Below, piece after piece: positions 46,976 through 57,396 of a DNA stretch of 64,000 bases. Numbering within the stretch: position 1 is the first letter of the stretch; each line of letters begins with the position of its first letter. A model generated the notes under the pieces. The model was not told where the DNA came from and did no database searches. It worked only from the letters and a program-made list of their open reading frames with translations. Source of the DNA: an uncultured virus (IMG/VR IMGVR_UViG_3300044977_000112). Lineage: Duplodnaviria > Heunggongvirae > Uroviricota > Caudoviricetes. A program made the position numbers and the translations under genes. The stretch lies in IMG/VR virus record IMGVR_UViG_3300044977_000112, one strand, 5' to 3'.

Positions 46976-47569
46976 GTGACCGTTGCAACCAAACCCAAGA
47001 AGGAACAGAAACGATACATCCTTCCCGTTGTCGAGCCGCGAATCAGGGGAGTGAGGTTCAGGCCCAAGCCACGGGCGACGATGGCGATAGTTACCGATGT
47101 GGTCAATATCATCGGCAACACGCTTCAAACGATGGCTCTGACCTATAATGGTGATGCGTTCAGTATCGATGACCGGAAGACGCCAGCGGTGCCACAGGAG
47201 CCTAAACCGTTGAGCCCCACGAGCCTGAATCTGCCGGAGTTTGTGATCAGTGTCGGCGAGCAGGGATTGTGGAAGGACATTACCGGAGGCAATCCGGCAA
47301 GTCCAGGATTGAGGCTGATTGATTACCCTTGTGCGGTGACGATTGCGACTCCCACGGGGAATCTGCTGGCCTTCGATAATGCCCTCGAGGACATCGTGCA
47401 GCAGGTTCGGTTCACGATGACAGCGCAGGCAACGTGGGTTCCGGCTCTGGCCGAGTTTAATGAGGTAAATGGCTATGGCCGGGTGCCGTTCGACCGAAGA
47501 GCACTCTCGGCGACAGTCAATTACAAGATCATAACGTTCACGGTGCAGACGCTGGAACCAAGAGTATAA
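46976..47569 (+). CDS. Tail terminator-like protein
   Basis: Synteny, immediately before the tail tube. Confidence 0.5.
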   Translation: MTVATKPKKEQKRYILPVVEPRIRGVRFRPKPRATMAIVTDVVNIIGNTLQTMALTYNGDAFSIDDRKTPAVPQEPKPLSPTSLNLPEFVISVGEQGLWKDITGGNPASPGLRLIDYPCAVTIATPTGNLLAFDNALEDIVQQVRFTMTAQATWVPALAEFNEVNGYGRVPFDRRALSATVNYKIITFTVQTLEPRV

Positions 47570-47579
47570 GGATGTTGAT

Positions 47580-47972
47580 ATGTCGATTAGCGGCAAGTTC
47601 ATGACGGTGAAGATTGGGGCGGTCGTGGTTCCCCTCAACTCCGAGTGGTCGGTTGACGAGGATGTCAAGGAACTCGACCGTACAACGGGCGCTGACCTTG
47701 GTTTCAGGAACCGGGATGGCGGCATACAGGATCTCCATGCCAATCTCAAAGCATATATGGATATTTCCACGGGCCAATATGCCGAAGTTCAGGCCGGAAC
47801 AGTGATCAGCAACTTAAATCTCTACCGCGACATCAATGACGCTTCGCCGGCATTCGTAATACCTTCATGCCTTTCCTTGAAGTCCAATCAGTCCGTGATC
47901 GTTGATGACAAATGCACTTGGACGGCAAATGTCGCTACGAAGGGCTCATACACCTACAACGATCCGACTTAA
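47580..47972 (+). CDS. Tail tube protein
   Basis: SGK..VKIG..EWSVD..ELDRTT..GFR..GGI. Confidence 0.7.
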   Translation: MSISGKFMTVKIGAVVVPLNSEWSVDEDVKELDRTTGADLGFRNRDGGIQDLHANLKAYMDISTGQYAEVQAGTVISNLNLYRDINDASPAFVIPSCLSLKSNQSVIVDDKCTWTANVATKGSYTYNDPT

Positions 47973-47981
47973 TGGTAATCC

Positions 47982-48557
47982 ATGTCCACATTAGCTGATT
48001 TCGTCAACGCCCCTACCGAAATCGAATTCAATGGGACCACTTATCGTTTGAGACAACCAGATCTCAACGAGGAGGGCGAATTTCAGCGCTGGCTGGAAAA
48101 CCAAGCTCTTCACAAGATCGAAATGGCCGACAAGGAGATCCTGGATGACGCCAAGCGGGACAGAGCCCGTCAATCTCACTTTCAGGACTGCGCGGCGGGT
48201 GTGTATGAATCGGGCGGCGAGATTTACGGCAAAGCATTGATCTCGCAAACCGGAATGGCGAAGATGCTCTCTATTATCTTGCGAGATGAGGGAGTTACGC
48301 CCGGAATTGCGAAAGCGATGGTGAAGGTCAAGATTCGCGAAGTTTTGGCTGTCCTCATATCCAAGGTGACCTCCGACCCAAAAGTCCGAGAGGCAGTCCT
48401 GGCCAAGCTAGGATTGCCAAACGATTTCTTTTCACGCAACTCTGCAACCCCCCATTCGGAGACGCCCGCTGCATCGAAGCCATCGGAAGACTCAGCACCG
48501 ACCAACTCATGCTCTGCTTCAACGTCGATCGATACGAAGACGGCACCCCCCGGCTGA
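47982..48557 (+). CDS. Tail assembly chaperone; -1 frameshift extension to 48748
   Basis: Between tube and TMP; slippery C CCA AAA at 48377-48383 with an open -1 frame. Confidence 0.75.
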   Translation: MSTLADFVNAPTEIEFNGTTYRLRQPDLNEEGEFQRWLENQALHKIEMADKEILDDAKRDRARQSHFQDCAAGVYESGGEIYGKALISQTGMAKMLSIILRDEGVTPGIAKAMVKVKIREVLAVLISKVTSDPKVREAVLAKLGLPNDFFSRNSATPHSETPAASKPSEDSAPTNSCSASTSIDTKTAPPG

Positions 48558-48687
48558 CATTGCCGAGCGAGGGAGGCAAGCGACCGGATCGCGAACAGAT
48601 GTTTCGGCGGCAGTGTTTCATTAACGGCGTGATGGATCAGAACGAAGTAAATAAACTCTGGGCCAAACGCAAAGCAAAGCTTGATCA

Positions 48688-50358
48688 ATGCCAACCAGCG
48701 TCGAAACACCGGAGAATAACGTCGAGGCAGACAAGGCCCTCCTCGTAGCGGAATTGCTGTTGGCTGAAGAGATGGGCGATCTCACTTCGGTGATCATCCA
48801 GAACGCCGCGGCAAGTATCGATCTGGCGAAAAAGACGGCGGATCTCATCGCGGCGAACAAGGCGGCGAAAGACGCTCCTGTTGCAAGCCCTGTCAGGACG
48901 GCAGATCCCACCGGAATCAAGCCTGTTCCTGTCGAGGTCAAGAAAGAAGAACCCAAGCCGGTCGATCTTGGGATCTTCGATTCTCCAGGCCATGAGGTCG
49001 ATAAAACCCCATATGTCCCCACGCCGTTGCCGCCCGGAGCCCCTGGAGCGGGCACAGCGGGCAATCCGTTTCCTTTGCCGTCACCACCAAATCCCGGCAC
49101 AGCGGGCAATCCGTTTCCGCTACCGGGCTTTGAGGCCAAGTCGCCAACCCCGCCATTACCGCCTCCACCAGGATCGCCAGCGACTTCGTTCCCCGCGCTC
49201 AACTCTTCCACGCCGGCACTCGGCAAACCGCAGCCCGTAATCGTGGTAGGCCCGAAGCCTCTGCCCGTGAGCGTGATTGGACCGATTGAATCCACTCCAA
49301 AAAAGGAACCGCCTGAAGAGAAAGAAAAGAAGGGACCGGATTTTGGGCAAATCATTGCCGATTCACTTGTCGGTGTCCTTCGCGGCGTGCTGTCCGGCAA
49401 CTTCGGACAGGTGGGGTCGAGCTTGGCCCAGGGAACCGGAAAGGCTGTAACTGCGGCAGCGGTTGAAGGAGGAGCCGAAGCAGGACCAGCGGGCGCGGCA
49501 GGGGCCGCGGTTGCGGCCGTGGCCGAAAAGCTTGTGGGAGTAATCACGGGACCGGCCGATGCGATTCGAGCCAAGTTTGAGTCAGTGATAGGACCAGCGG
49601 CGGTACTGGCGGCAACGCTGAATTCCACCACGGCGGGGTTTCAGGTTGTGGCGAAGGTGACAACGCTGCTGGGAACGGTACTCGGAGCTGTATTCTTGCC
49701 ATTCACCTTTGCTCTTGCTGTGGCCGTTTTCGAAGTGGCCGAAATCTTGAAAACCGCACTCAAACCAGCATTCGGAGAATTGTTTAAGTCAACCCAAGAC
49801 CTGATAGCATTCTTTTTAACCGTCGCCACCGCTCTCGGCTTGTTCGCAACCGCCGTCATCAGGACGGCGAGCGCGATGGTCGATGTGGCAAAATTCCTTA
49901 ATCATCTCAACCCGCTCGGCGGGGACGAGACGCTCGACGAAGTCAAAAAGAAATTAGATGCGTTTGGGGCTGGAGTCGAAGTTGGTACGGCGGACATAGC
50001 CAAGGCCGCTGCAAGGGCGGCGGCTATTGCAAGAGGAGATCCTTTACCTGGAGGGGGCGGGGCGGGGGGCGGGGCTATTGGTAAAATCCTTGAAGAATTC
50101 AGGAGGTCGTTCGGCCCTCAGGCATCTTTCAGCGGCATCGCCGATGTTGGCAAGCAGATTCAGTTGGCCGCGCTGAACAAGTCGCCCATCGATGCCGAAA
50201 TCTTGAAAACTCTCACGGAATTTCATCGTGATTTCGTGGGTGCGGCTCGCGGAGGAGCCGCGCCGCCCGTTGCCCCTATAGGCGGTAGAGGTGCGGTGCG
50301 AGGGCCACATTTTGAAGAAAGAGAAGACGGGACTGGCGGGGGTGGAGGAGATTTCTAA
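48688..50358 (+). CDS. Tape-measure-like protein (short, Pro-rich N-terminus)
   Basis: Ala/Gly-rich helical region with hydrophobic spans; synteny. Confidence 0.65.
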   Translation: MPTSVETPENNVEADKALLVAELLLAEEMGDLTSVIIQNAAASIDLAKKTADLIAANKAAKDAPVASPVRTADPTGIKPVPVEVKKEEPKPVDLGIFDSPGHEVDKTPYVPTPLPPGAPGAGTAGNPFPLPSPPNPGTAGNPFPLPGFEAKSPTPPLPPPPGSPATSFPALNSSTPALGKPQPVIVVGPKPLPVSVIGPIESTPKKEPPEEKEKKGPDFGQIIADSLVGVLRGVLSGNFGQVGSSLAQGTGKAVTAAAVEGGAEAGPAGAAGAAVAAVAEKLVGVITGPADAIRAKFESVIGPAAVLAATLNSTTAGFQVVAKVTTLLGTVLGAVFLPFTFALAVAVFEVAEILKTALKPAFGELFKSTQDLIAFFLTVATALGLFATAVIRTASAMVDVAKFLNHLNPLGGDETLDEVKKKLDAFGAGVEVGTADIAKAAARAAAIARGDPLPGGGGAGGGAIGKILEEFRRSFGPQASFSGIADVGKQIQLAALNKSPIDAEILKTLTEFHRDFVGAARGGAAPPVAPIGGRGAVRGPHFEEREDGTGGGGGDF

Positions 50359-50360
50359 CT

Positions 50361-51401
50361 ATGCCTTTCAACTTCAATTCAGATGGATCTCTGGCACCCT
50401 TCAACATTTTTCAGATCGAGGCAATGGGCATCGGCTCTCTCGGCGTAGATGACGGTACGTATCCACAGTTCACCCGAGAAGTGAATCAGAACACTGCCCG
50501 CGCTGAATACCTGGTGAATTCGGACCAACTCGACAACTTTTTTTGCTTTATGTTAGGGGGCGGGGCACGTTACTATACGGGCTCGGAATATGCTCTGAGT
50601 CGCCTCTTGCCGCAGGACATGACTTATCAAGGAGTGACATATCCCAATTTTTCGGCAATAAAAATCGAAGGCACTACCGGCCATAAATTCACAGAAGACG
50701 ATAACGACAGTAACTCATATCCAATTCCCAATTATCAGCAGCATCGAGTACGAGTCCTTTTTCAGCAAGTACCTTACAACTTGCTCGATGACGACGACAC
50801 GGCACAAAACGAAACGCAGCGATACGTCCAGCAATTGCCAACTCAATCGCAGGTGGAGTATTTGAGCCTTCCTGGAGCCGTGGCAAATTACGTAGGGTAT
50901 CCGGGCTCCGTAGCCGACACGAATCCCGACGGCCTTCCCGTTCCATATGGCGCTGGCTTTCCCACCTCGTCTTCGATCATCTCAAAAAAATGGTGGCGGC
51001 TCCCGTACAACTGTTGGGGTCAAGGGACTGATCTCTACGCGACGATTTACGGTGACATCCCTTCCCAAATAGAAGGGCTCGTCGGCACGGTCAATCAGAA
51101 TGATTTTTTGGGATACCCTTCCGGAACGTTATTGTGGCTGGCACCTGAAGAAGAGTTGGTTATGGATCAAACGCAAGGACTGGCGTGGAACTTGACGTAC
51201 AAGTGGTTATACAAAGTTCAAGGGCACAATTTTTTCTATTACTTTCCTTCGGGCGGGATCGCGGGGAATGGTGCGGGCTGGTACTTTGTTCGGGTGGATG
51301 GGGAGAGCGGGCCGAGTGCATTTATTCAGCCCGGCAACCCGATTTCAAAAGGCCAATGTTTCTTTGCCACTGGTTTGTTCAGCACTGGCTTTCTGGTTTA
51401 A
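50361..51401 (+). CDS. Tail protein (distal/hub-like)
   Basis: GTVNQNDFLGYPSGTLLW motif; follows TMP. Confidence 0.65.
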   Translation: MPFNFNSDGSLAPFNIFQIEAMGIGSLGVDDGTYPQFTREVNQNTARAEYLVNSDQLDNFFCFMLGGGARYYTGSEYALSRLLPQDMTYQGVTYPNFSAIKIEGTTGHKFTEDDNDSNSYPIPNYQQHRVRVLFQQVPYNLLDDDDTAQNETQRYVQQLPTQSQVEYLSLPGAVANYVGYPGSVADTNPDGLPVPYGAGFPTSSSIISKKWWRLPYNCWGQGTDLYATIYGDIPSQIEGLVGTVNQNDFLGYPSGTLLWLAPEEELVMDQTQGLAWNLTYKWLYKVQGHNFFYYFPSGGIAGNGAGWYFVRVDGESGPSAFIQPGNPISKGQCFFATGLFSTGFLV

Positions 51402-51796
51402 GGCTTGGGTTTTTGTTCGACGGCGTGAGCGATCATATAGCCGGGTGTCGTTCCCGTGATTTTCGAGATGATGTATACTTTGCCGTCGCTGTCGGTGATT
51501 TCGGACTTTGCTCCCAGGTGCGCCAAGAGCCTGCTGTGCAAACGGAACCGCACTTCGCCTTCCACCGGATTCTTCAGGGTGACGCGGTTGGCGTCAACGT
51601 CTTTGATGGCGTCGAGGAATTGCGGCTTGCCGTCTTTGCCATTCGCCCATACTCGCACCGTTACTTTCTCCGTCCATTTTTGCGTGGTGGGATCTTGTTT
51701 CGCGGCCTTGATCTGGGCCAGCGTTTCGGGAGTGTACTTGGTTTGCGGCATTGCAAGGACTCCCAGGACAAGAACGGTGAAAACGAGCTGCTTCAT
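51398..51796 (-). CDS. Secreted hypothetical protein (moron-like)
   Basis: Signal peptide MKQLVFTVLVLGVLA; GGGAGG RBS; antisense to the late operon. Confidence 0.6.
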   Translation of the reverse strand: MKQLVFTVLVLGVLAMPQTKYTPETLAQIKAAKQDPTTQKWTEKVTVRVWANGKDGKPQFLDAIKDVDANRVTLKNPVEGEVRFRLHSRLLAHLGAKSEITDSDGKVYIISKITGTTPGYMIAHAVEQKPKP

Positions 51797-52130
51797 AGAA
51801 TAGCCTCCCTTTTGGCATGGCAGTTCATTATACTATCCGTAATTCTTGTAAGGTGCAACCAATGGCTGATACGCTCGTCATCCCCGACCAAGTTACTTTC
51901 TTCTTCCCCACCGGACGCGGCAAGCAGGCTGGCGTGCCCGCCAAGTGCGCTCCCGGCGAACCCGAGATGTGGGCCTTCCCGCCCGGGTCGCTGATCAGCA
52001 AGCCGACGGTGGGCTGCACCTTTCGACCCCACGGCGACATCGGCACCGATCAGCGAACGCGCCATGTGGACAAGATTGAGGCCGATGAAAAGGGCTGGAA
52101 GCTGACGTGTACGGTGCAGCAGTAAAATCA

Positions 52131-52246
52131 CGGCGGTTGAGGTGTTATGGTAGCACGCCGAGCGCAACGAGATGGTTGAAGACTGCTTGAACCAGCTTTT
52201 GCCATTGACGCGGCTCAGAGGATTGGTTCGATTCCAACGCTGCCCC
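52131..52246 (+). ncRNA. tRNA-like structure with ~50-nt insert in the anticodon loop
   Basis: D-arm GTGT-TATGGTA-GCAC, T-arm TTGG-TTCGATT-CCAA, acceptor GGCGGT/GCTGCC. Confidence 0.5.
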
Positions 52247-52656
52247 TTATGAAACAAGGAGATTCGCGAATGTCAAATCCCGCTCCTAAGCCCGTCGTGA
52301 TGAAGACGTTTTGGAAGTGCCCCTCGTGCGGCGTGGATAACTTCGCCGATACCGACGAGGTGGACAAAAACGGTATCGAGCACCCAGAACATCCCGGCCA
52401 CACGCTGGCGGCTTCGATGGTCTGTTCTAAATGCGGTGGTCGGTTCAGTGTGAGCGACATCAAGGTTTGCGGCAAGACTCCGGGGCACGCGGCATGAGCC
52501 AACCTCTTCCGCTCCCCTGGACTCGTTGGCATCTGATCGGTCTGCGGGCGATGAGTTTCACGATCCGCGAAGTGGAAGTCGAGAGATTCTCAAGGCTGAC
52601 CAGAGCAATCGTTTATTTACATCGAAGGAACGCGAGAAACTTCAAGGAAAACGCTC

Positions 52657-53199
52657 ATGGCCGTCAACGCTCTGAACCTTCGTGAAACCGTCTCTGTTAG
52701 CGGCTCGATTGCCGATACAGTTACTGGTGCAAACCAACCTGCGGCATCTGGCTCCGGACCGCTGCCTCAAGTATCAACCGTGTGGGTATTCGGCACGGGT
52801 GCAAACACCCAGGCCCCAGCCCAGATTTACAGCGATCAATGGTATATGGCCGCGCGGAGTGTGGCGGCAACCACGGCTGATAACCTGACCTTCAACAATT
52901 CAGTCTTGAACTTTGAAGGCGGCTACGTCAACTTTGCGAATATCAAACGGCTGGACATTATCCTCAACACACCGGCCGCGACGAACGTTTCTTTCTTCGT
53001 GGGCCCGCAGGGAGTGAGTAACGCCGTCCAGCTCTGGTTCCAAGCCAAGACCACGAATTTCTACGACACCGTTATCTGGTGGCTGCGCCAAGTCAACCCG
53101 TGGGGCTGGACAGTCACCACGAGTACGGCTGATGTATTGGGCATCACGAATGAAAGCACGACGACACAGGTTTATACCGTCTGGGCACTGGGAGATTAA
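52657..53199 (+). CDS. Virion protein
   Basis: FGTGAN..RSVAA....NL..VNFANIK..VTTSTADVLGITN. Confidence 0.65.
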   Translation: MAVNALNLRETVSVSGSIADTVTGANQPAASGSGPLPQVSTVWVFGTGANTQAPAQIYSDQWYMAARSVAATTADNLTFNNSVLNFEGGYVNFANIKRLDIILNTPAATNVSFFVGPQGVSNAVQLWFQAKTTNFYDTVIWWLRQVNPWGWTVTTSTADVLGITNESTTTQVYTVWALGD

Positions 53200-53475
53200 A
53201 TGATTAGTCCGACAGTTGGAAGAGTTGTTCACTATTTCCATAGCGGATGCGGGCCATTCGCCGCTCATATTTGCTGGGTCCACTCCGATACCTGCGTCAA
53301 CCTGATGTGGATCAGTGACCAGGGAATACCGCACGGGGCGACGAGCGTCCAGCTTTTGCAGGATGCTGACAAGCCGCCAGAACACGGCACGTATTGCAAG
53401 TGGATGGAGTATCAGGTGACGAAAGCAAAGGACGGCGATAACAATTCGGAGAGTGCCGAACCGAGGCCAAGATAA
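53200..53475 (+). CDS. Conserved small phage protein
   Basis: PTVGRVVHYF..PFAAHICWVHSDTCVNL. Confidence 0.7.
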   Translation: MISPTVGRVVHYFHSGCGPFAAHICWVHSDTCVNLMWISDQGIPHGATSVQLLQDADKPPEHGTYCKWMEYQVTKAKDGDNNSESAEPRPR

Positions 53476-54244
53476 TCATGGTATGTGGCATCAAGCATGG
53501 CTTCGGCGATCAGACTTGCATCCGCGAGAAGGGTCATGCTGGCCTGTGTCGATGCCGAGCCGTGCGAAGCGAATTCGGCACCATCACATTTTCGGAGTGG
53601 ATTTCCAAGGGCGGCAAGTTTTATTCGCACGTCGCGTATCGGACTATCTACGCGAAGAATGCTGTGAGAACGCGATGACGGTTCGTGAACTTATCGACTC
53701 CCTTCGCTCCATGCCGCAAGACATGGATGTAGTTGTTTTGGACGGCACAGATACTTTGTGCGTAGTGGATGACGTGGTGGAGATTGATGGCTTTGATCCG
53801 TGTGGCGGCGGATATGACACACGCCCCGGAATGACAGACAAGCAAAAGAAATCGCACAAGATTGTGAGGCTGACGACCAAATGAACCGAGTAGCCATCAC
53901 TATCACCGCCGACCTCGACCTCATGCAGCTCGTGGGCATGGAAGGGCCGATGTCCAGCAACCCCAAACTCACGGCCAATATCCTCCGCGCTGCGTTGCGG
54001 TCCACTCTCCGCGGAGTCAAGGAATCTGGAGTTATCGCCATCCTGCCTGAAGGGACGCCGATTCCCACGCATCAACTCATGATCGAGGGATTCACGCCGC
54101 CGGAAGTGGGCGGCATCATCGACGCATGGGGAGCCAAGGAAGGTGTCCGCATGATGGAAGAAGTCATGCAAAGCAATCGCTCGATCTGCTCGCACGAAGT
54201 TACTTCGACTCAACTTGAGGCACCTCTGGGTTGAGGTGTCGCCT

Positions 54245-56059
54245 GTGGCCAAGTTCCAGATACCACGTCTTCAGCAGCACACACAGCCGCTTTCAGATTG
54301 GTTCCTCGTTGTAATCCAAAATAGCTTGACGGTCACCACTCCGGATGGCGATGTCACAGGCTACACATTTCAGGAATACTGGCTCGAGGCGGACGATGGC
54401 AGCTATGACGTGAAAGGGGCGGGCAGGCTTGGAACGGCCCAGAATCCAGGAATTCCGATCACGGGCCAGACACTGGAGGAAGGTGATTTTGCTTTAGCAA
54501 AAGCGGCGGAAGGGGCCGGCAATCTCTACTGGCAACTCGTGGGAATAAGTGCGAGTCTGTCTGGGGCTTATTTCCCGGCACAACTTACTACCCCATACTC
54601 CGCTTCGACGGGCTATGACTGGCAACTCCTTGTTCGCGAAACCTCTCCTCAGTCTTACATCCTTTCCTATCCGGCCGTGACAGGCAACAACGCCGTCGAG
54701 GTGGGCAATAACGTCACCCTTCAGCCGGGCCGCAACGCGATCTTCTTTCCCGATCCCACGACTCCCGGGGCATGGATGTTTGAGCTGTGGCCGTTACCGC
54801 TTGTCGCTGAGGTCTGCCCGATAGTGACCAGTGGGGTGTTCACTGGGTTTGATGTGGAAACATGGAAACAGGATGGTAGTACAGAATGCGAAGTTAATCC
54901 TGATGATTGCTGCGTAACACCCGCTCCAAGCTGCAGTATTTGTCCAGGCAGCGTATTGCCTTCACCAATGTACGTGACGTTTATTAGTGGTTGCTCTGGT
55001 CTAGATGGACAAACATTTGAAATTGGTGAATTGACCCCCATTCCCGGTACAGGTGGAGCGGCACAATTTGATTTTAGTTTTGAGTGTGTGGATGGTTTAA
55101 TTAATTTTGGAGGAGAAATTGCTTTTGAAGGAGGATCGGTACCATGTTCCGCTGGTACGGTATCATGGCTTGATACGAGTTGTTTATATGGTGTGTTTTG
55201 TGGAATTGTGTCACTGAGTAATTGGTCCGAGGAAGGTATTGACTGCAATGGTTCGTTTGAGGGGTGCGCCGCCAATCCTTTGGTACTGATGATAAGTTCT
55301 GACCCTGATGGAGACTGTTCACAAGGATTCACTTGGAACTGTATATCAAATCAGTGTATTCCAATTTCGGGTTCCGATGGACAATATGCAACATATTCCG
55401 AATGCTTGGATGGATGTGGTGCCGGCAATCCAACCTTTACTCCTCTCGGCAAGGCGCAAGTAGTCGGTAATACATTGTCGATTCCAGCTGGTACAATACC
55501 GGCTGGATCGGTTCTGGTATTATCGATTCTTGCACTGAGCAGTAGTGCGCCAGTACCGTCAGCTACTTTCGGAGGCAATTCATTCCTTGGTTTCGGCGGG
55601 GTAGTTGTTCCAGGTGCGATTACTGGAGGAATCACTTACCAAGCATGGCTTCAAGTGCCGACAACTACAACTGGAACCGTAGTTATCAATATAACTAATG
55701 CTATAGTAATTTTGGCAAGTATGTTAGAGATTAAAGACCTTCCAAACAATGGTACTGAAGATATAAATAATGGAGCAAACGGCACTGCCTCCGCCCCCTC
55801 AATACCACCCTTTGGGCCAACTTCTAAACCTGTTGAATTTTGGGTTGCAACGACAGGATCTATATCAGCCAGTACGATCACTCCAAGTACGTGGAACAGC
55901 CCATTCAGCGATGATGGCCAAGATCAGACTTTAACTAATGCGGGCATCGTTTACGAATTACAGACGGGGTACGACATTGTCACATCGATTGGTTCACCGA
56001 ATCCTACTATGTCTGGTACTCAGGCAGCGTGGTCTAGCTTAGCGAGGACATATTCATGA
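54245..56059 (+). CDS. Cys-rich tail-associated protein
   Basis: CCVTPAPSCSICP; WNC..NQC..GQYATYSECLDGC; AT-rich 3' part. Confidence 0.65.
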   Translation: MAKFQIPRLQQHTQPLSDWFLVVIQNSLTVTTPDGDVTGYTFQEYWLEADDGSYDVKGAGRLGTAQNPGIPITGQTLEEGDFALAKAAEGAGNLYWQLVGISASLSGAYFPAQLTTPYSASTGYDWQLLVRETSPQSYILSYPAVTGNNAVEVGNNVTLQPGRNAIFFPDPTTPGAWMFELWPLPLVAEVCPIVTSGVFTGFDVETWKQDGSTECEVNPDDCCVTPAPSCSICPGSVLPSPMYVTFISGCSGLDGQTFEIGELTPIPGTGGAAQFDFSFECVDGLINFGGEIAFEGGSVPCSAGTVSWLDTSCLYGVFCGIVSLSNWSEEGIDCNGSFEGCAANPLVLMISSDPDGDCSQGFTWNCISNQCIPISGSDGQYATYSECLDGCGAGNPTFTPLGKAQVVGNTLSIPAGTIPAGSVLVLSILALSSSAPVPSATFGGNSFLGFGGVVVPGAITGGITYQAWLQVPTTTTGTVVINITNAIVILASMLEIKDLPNNGTEDINNGANGTASAPSIPPFGPTSKPVEFWVATTGSISASTITPSTWNSPFSDDGQDQTLTNAGIVYELQTGYDIVTSIGSPNPTMSGTQAAWSSLARTYS

Positions 56060-57396
56060 CAAGTCCTTGTCTCAAAACTGATGGCACTTGGCGGAAAGGA
56101 TGCGTTGACCCCAATGGAGCAATACCACCAATTCCGGGGAAATCCAGACCGGCTTGTAAAAAGTTTGGCAAGCCGACGGGTAAGACAGAAACGTGCCAGA
56201 CATGTCGGGGTAAAGTGAACTTGAAAATTTTCGAGTGTTCGGAGTTTGAATCGTGTACTCCGGAAACAAAGCTTCCTGGTCATGCGTGCTGCAAAGGCTG
56301 CACGAAATATGAGCCTGTGGAGAAGCCATTTCGCGGCATGAAGTCACCGCGAGACAAGCGCAGTACCTATCATGGTGGCATTCTGCAGGTCCACCTTACA
56401 AGAGCGTGCGACCGCTCTTGTTTCGCGTGCACACAGGGTAGCAACTTCGCTGGCAAACCCGAGTTCATGACTCCCGACCAGGCCCGAGTAGCTTTCGATT
56501 CTCTCCAAGGCTACTTCGGAGTCATCGCCCTGTTCGGCGGCAATCCCTGCATTTCCCCGCACTTTGAGGAAATCTGCAAAATCATGCGCGGTGCTGTGCC
56601 GTGGAACCGCCGAGGCCTGTGGAGTAATCATCCGTTGGGGAAAGGGAAGATATGCCGGCAGACGTTCAATCCCGCCGTCTCGAACCTCAACGTACACGAG
56701 AGCCAAGAGGCATACAACGAATTTGCGGGGGACTGGCCAGAGAGCAAGCCCTACTTGAAAGGCCTGGATTGCGATTCCGCGCACCGGCCTCCGTTCGTTG
56801 AACTGAATCAAATGATCCCCGATGAAGCTGAACGCTGGCGACTTATTCGCGATTGCAAGATTAACGCAGAATGGTCGGCGATGATCGGCATCTTCCGCGG
56901 ACAACTTCGCGGCTGGTTCTGCGAGATCGCTGGTGCGCAGTCGATGCTCCACCAGTATGATTCAGAGATTTGTGAAAAGTGTGGAGGCAAGGGAACAACG
57001 ACCGCCCAATATCACCCTGAGGGAGTAGAACCCGTTGAATATCCTTGTTGGGACTGTGCTCCAACAGGAGGATTTTATGGAAAACACGGGCCATCTGAAG
57101 GTAGAGTTTGGGGCTACCCCGACACGGGTCATCGGATCGTCTCGGGCTGGTGGAACAAACCCATCGACGCTTTCGAGGAACAAGTGACATATCACTGTCA
57201 CCGCTGCGGCATTCCACTTCCTTCGGAGAGTATACTTGCCAACGGTGGCGAGGTCGAAGTAGTTACCCTGGGCTATGAGCGTATCGCCAAACCAAAGCGA
57301 CTAGGGCGGCAGGTGTTGACGCTTCTGGAACCAGCGCCTCGGCTCGGTAATCCAAATCGAGAAGTAATTCGCTATCTCGAATCGGGCAAGCCATGA
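56056..57396 (+). CDS. Radical SAM protein with SPASM-like and extra Cys-rich segments
   Basis: HLTRACDRSCFACTQ (CxxxCxxC), FGGNP..SPHF, WFCEIAG. Confidence 0.88.
   Translation: MTSPCLKTDGTWRKGCVDPNGAIPPIPGKSRPACKKFGKPTGKTETCQTCRGKVNLKIFECSEFESCTPETKLPGHACCKGCTKYEPVEKPFRGMKSPRDKRSTYHGGILQVHLTRACDRSCFACTQGSNFAGKPEFMTPDQARVAFDSLQGYFGVIALFGGNPCISPHFEEICKIMRGAVPWNRRGLWSNHPLGKGKICRQTFNPAVSNLNVHESQEAYNEFAGDWPESKPYLKGLDCDSAHRPPFVELNQMIPDEAERWRLIRDCKINAEWSAMIGIFRGQLRGWFCEIAGAQSMLHQYDSEICEKCGGKGTTTAQYHPEGVEPVEYPCWDCAPTGGFYGKHGPSEGRVWGYPDTGHRIVSGWWNKPIDAFEEQVTYHCHRCGIPLPSESILANGGEVEVVTLGYERIAKPKRLGRQVLTLLEPAPRLGNPNREVIRYLESGKP

Noticed and set aside
49051..49125. Duplicated GTAGNPFPLP in the tape-measure-like gene
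   Set aside because: A simple local duplication in a Pro-rich linker with no further structure.
52131..52246. Group I intron-containing functional tRNA
   Set aside because: The insert is far too short and the acceptor/D junction is non-canonical.
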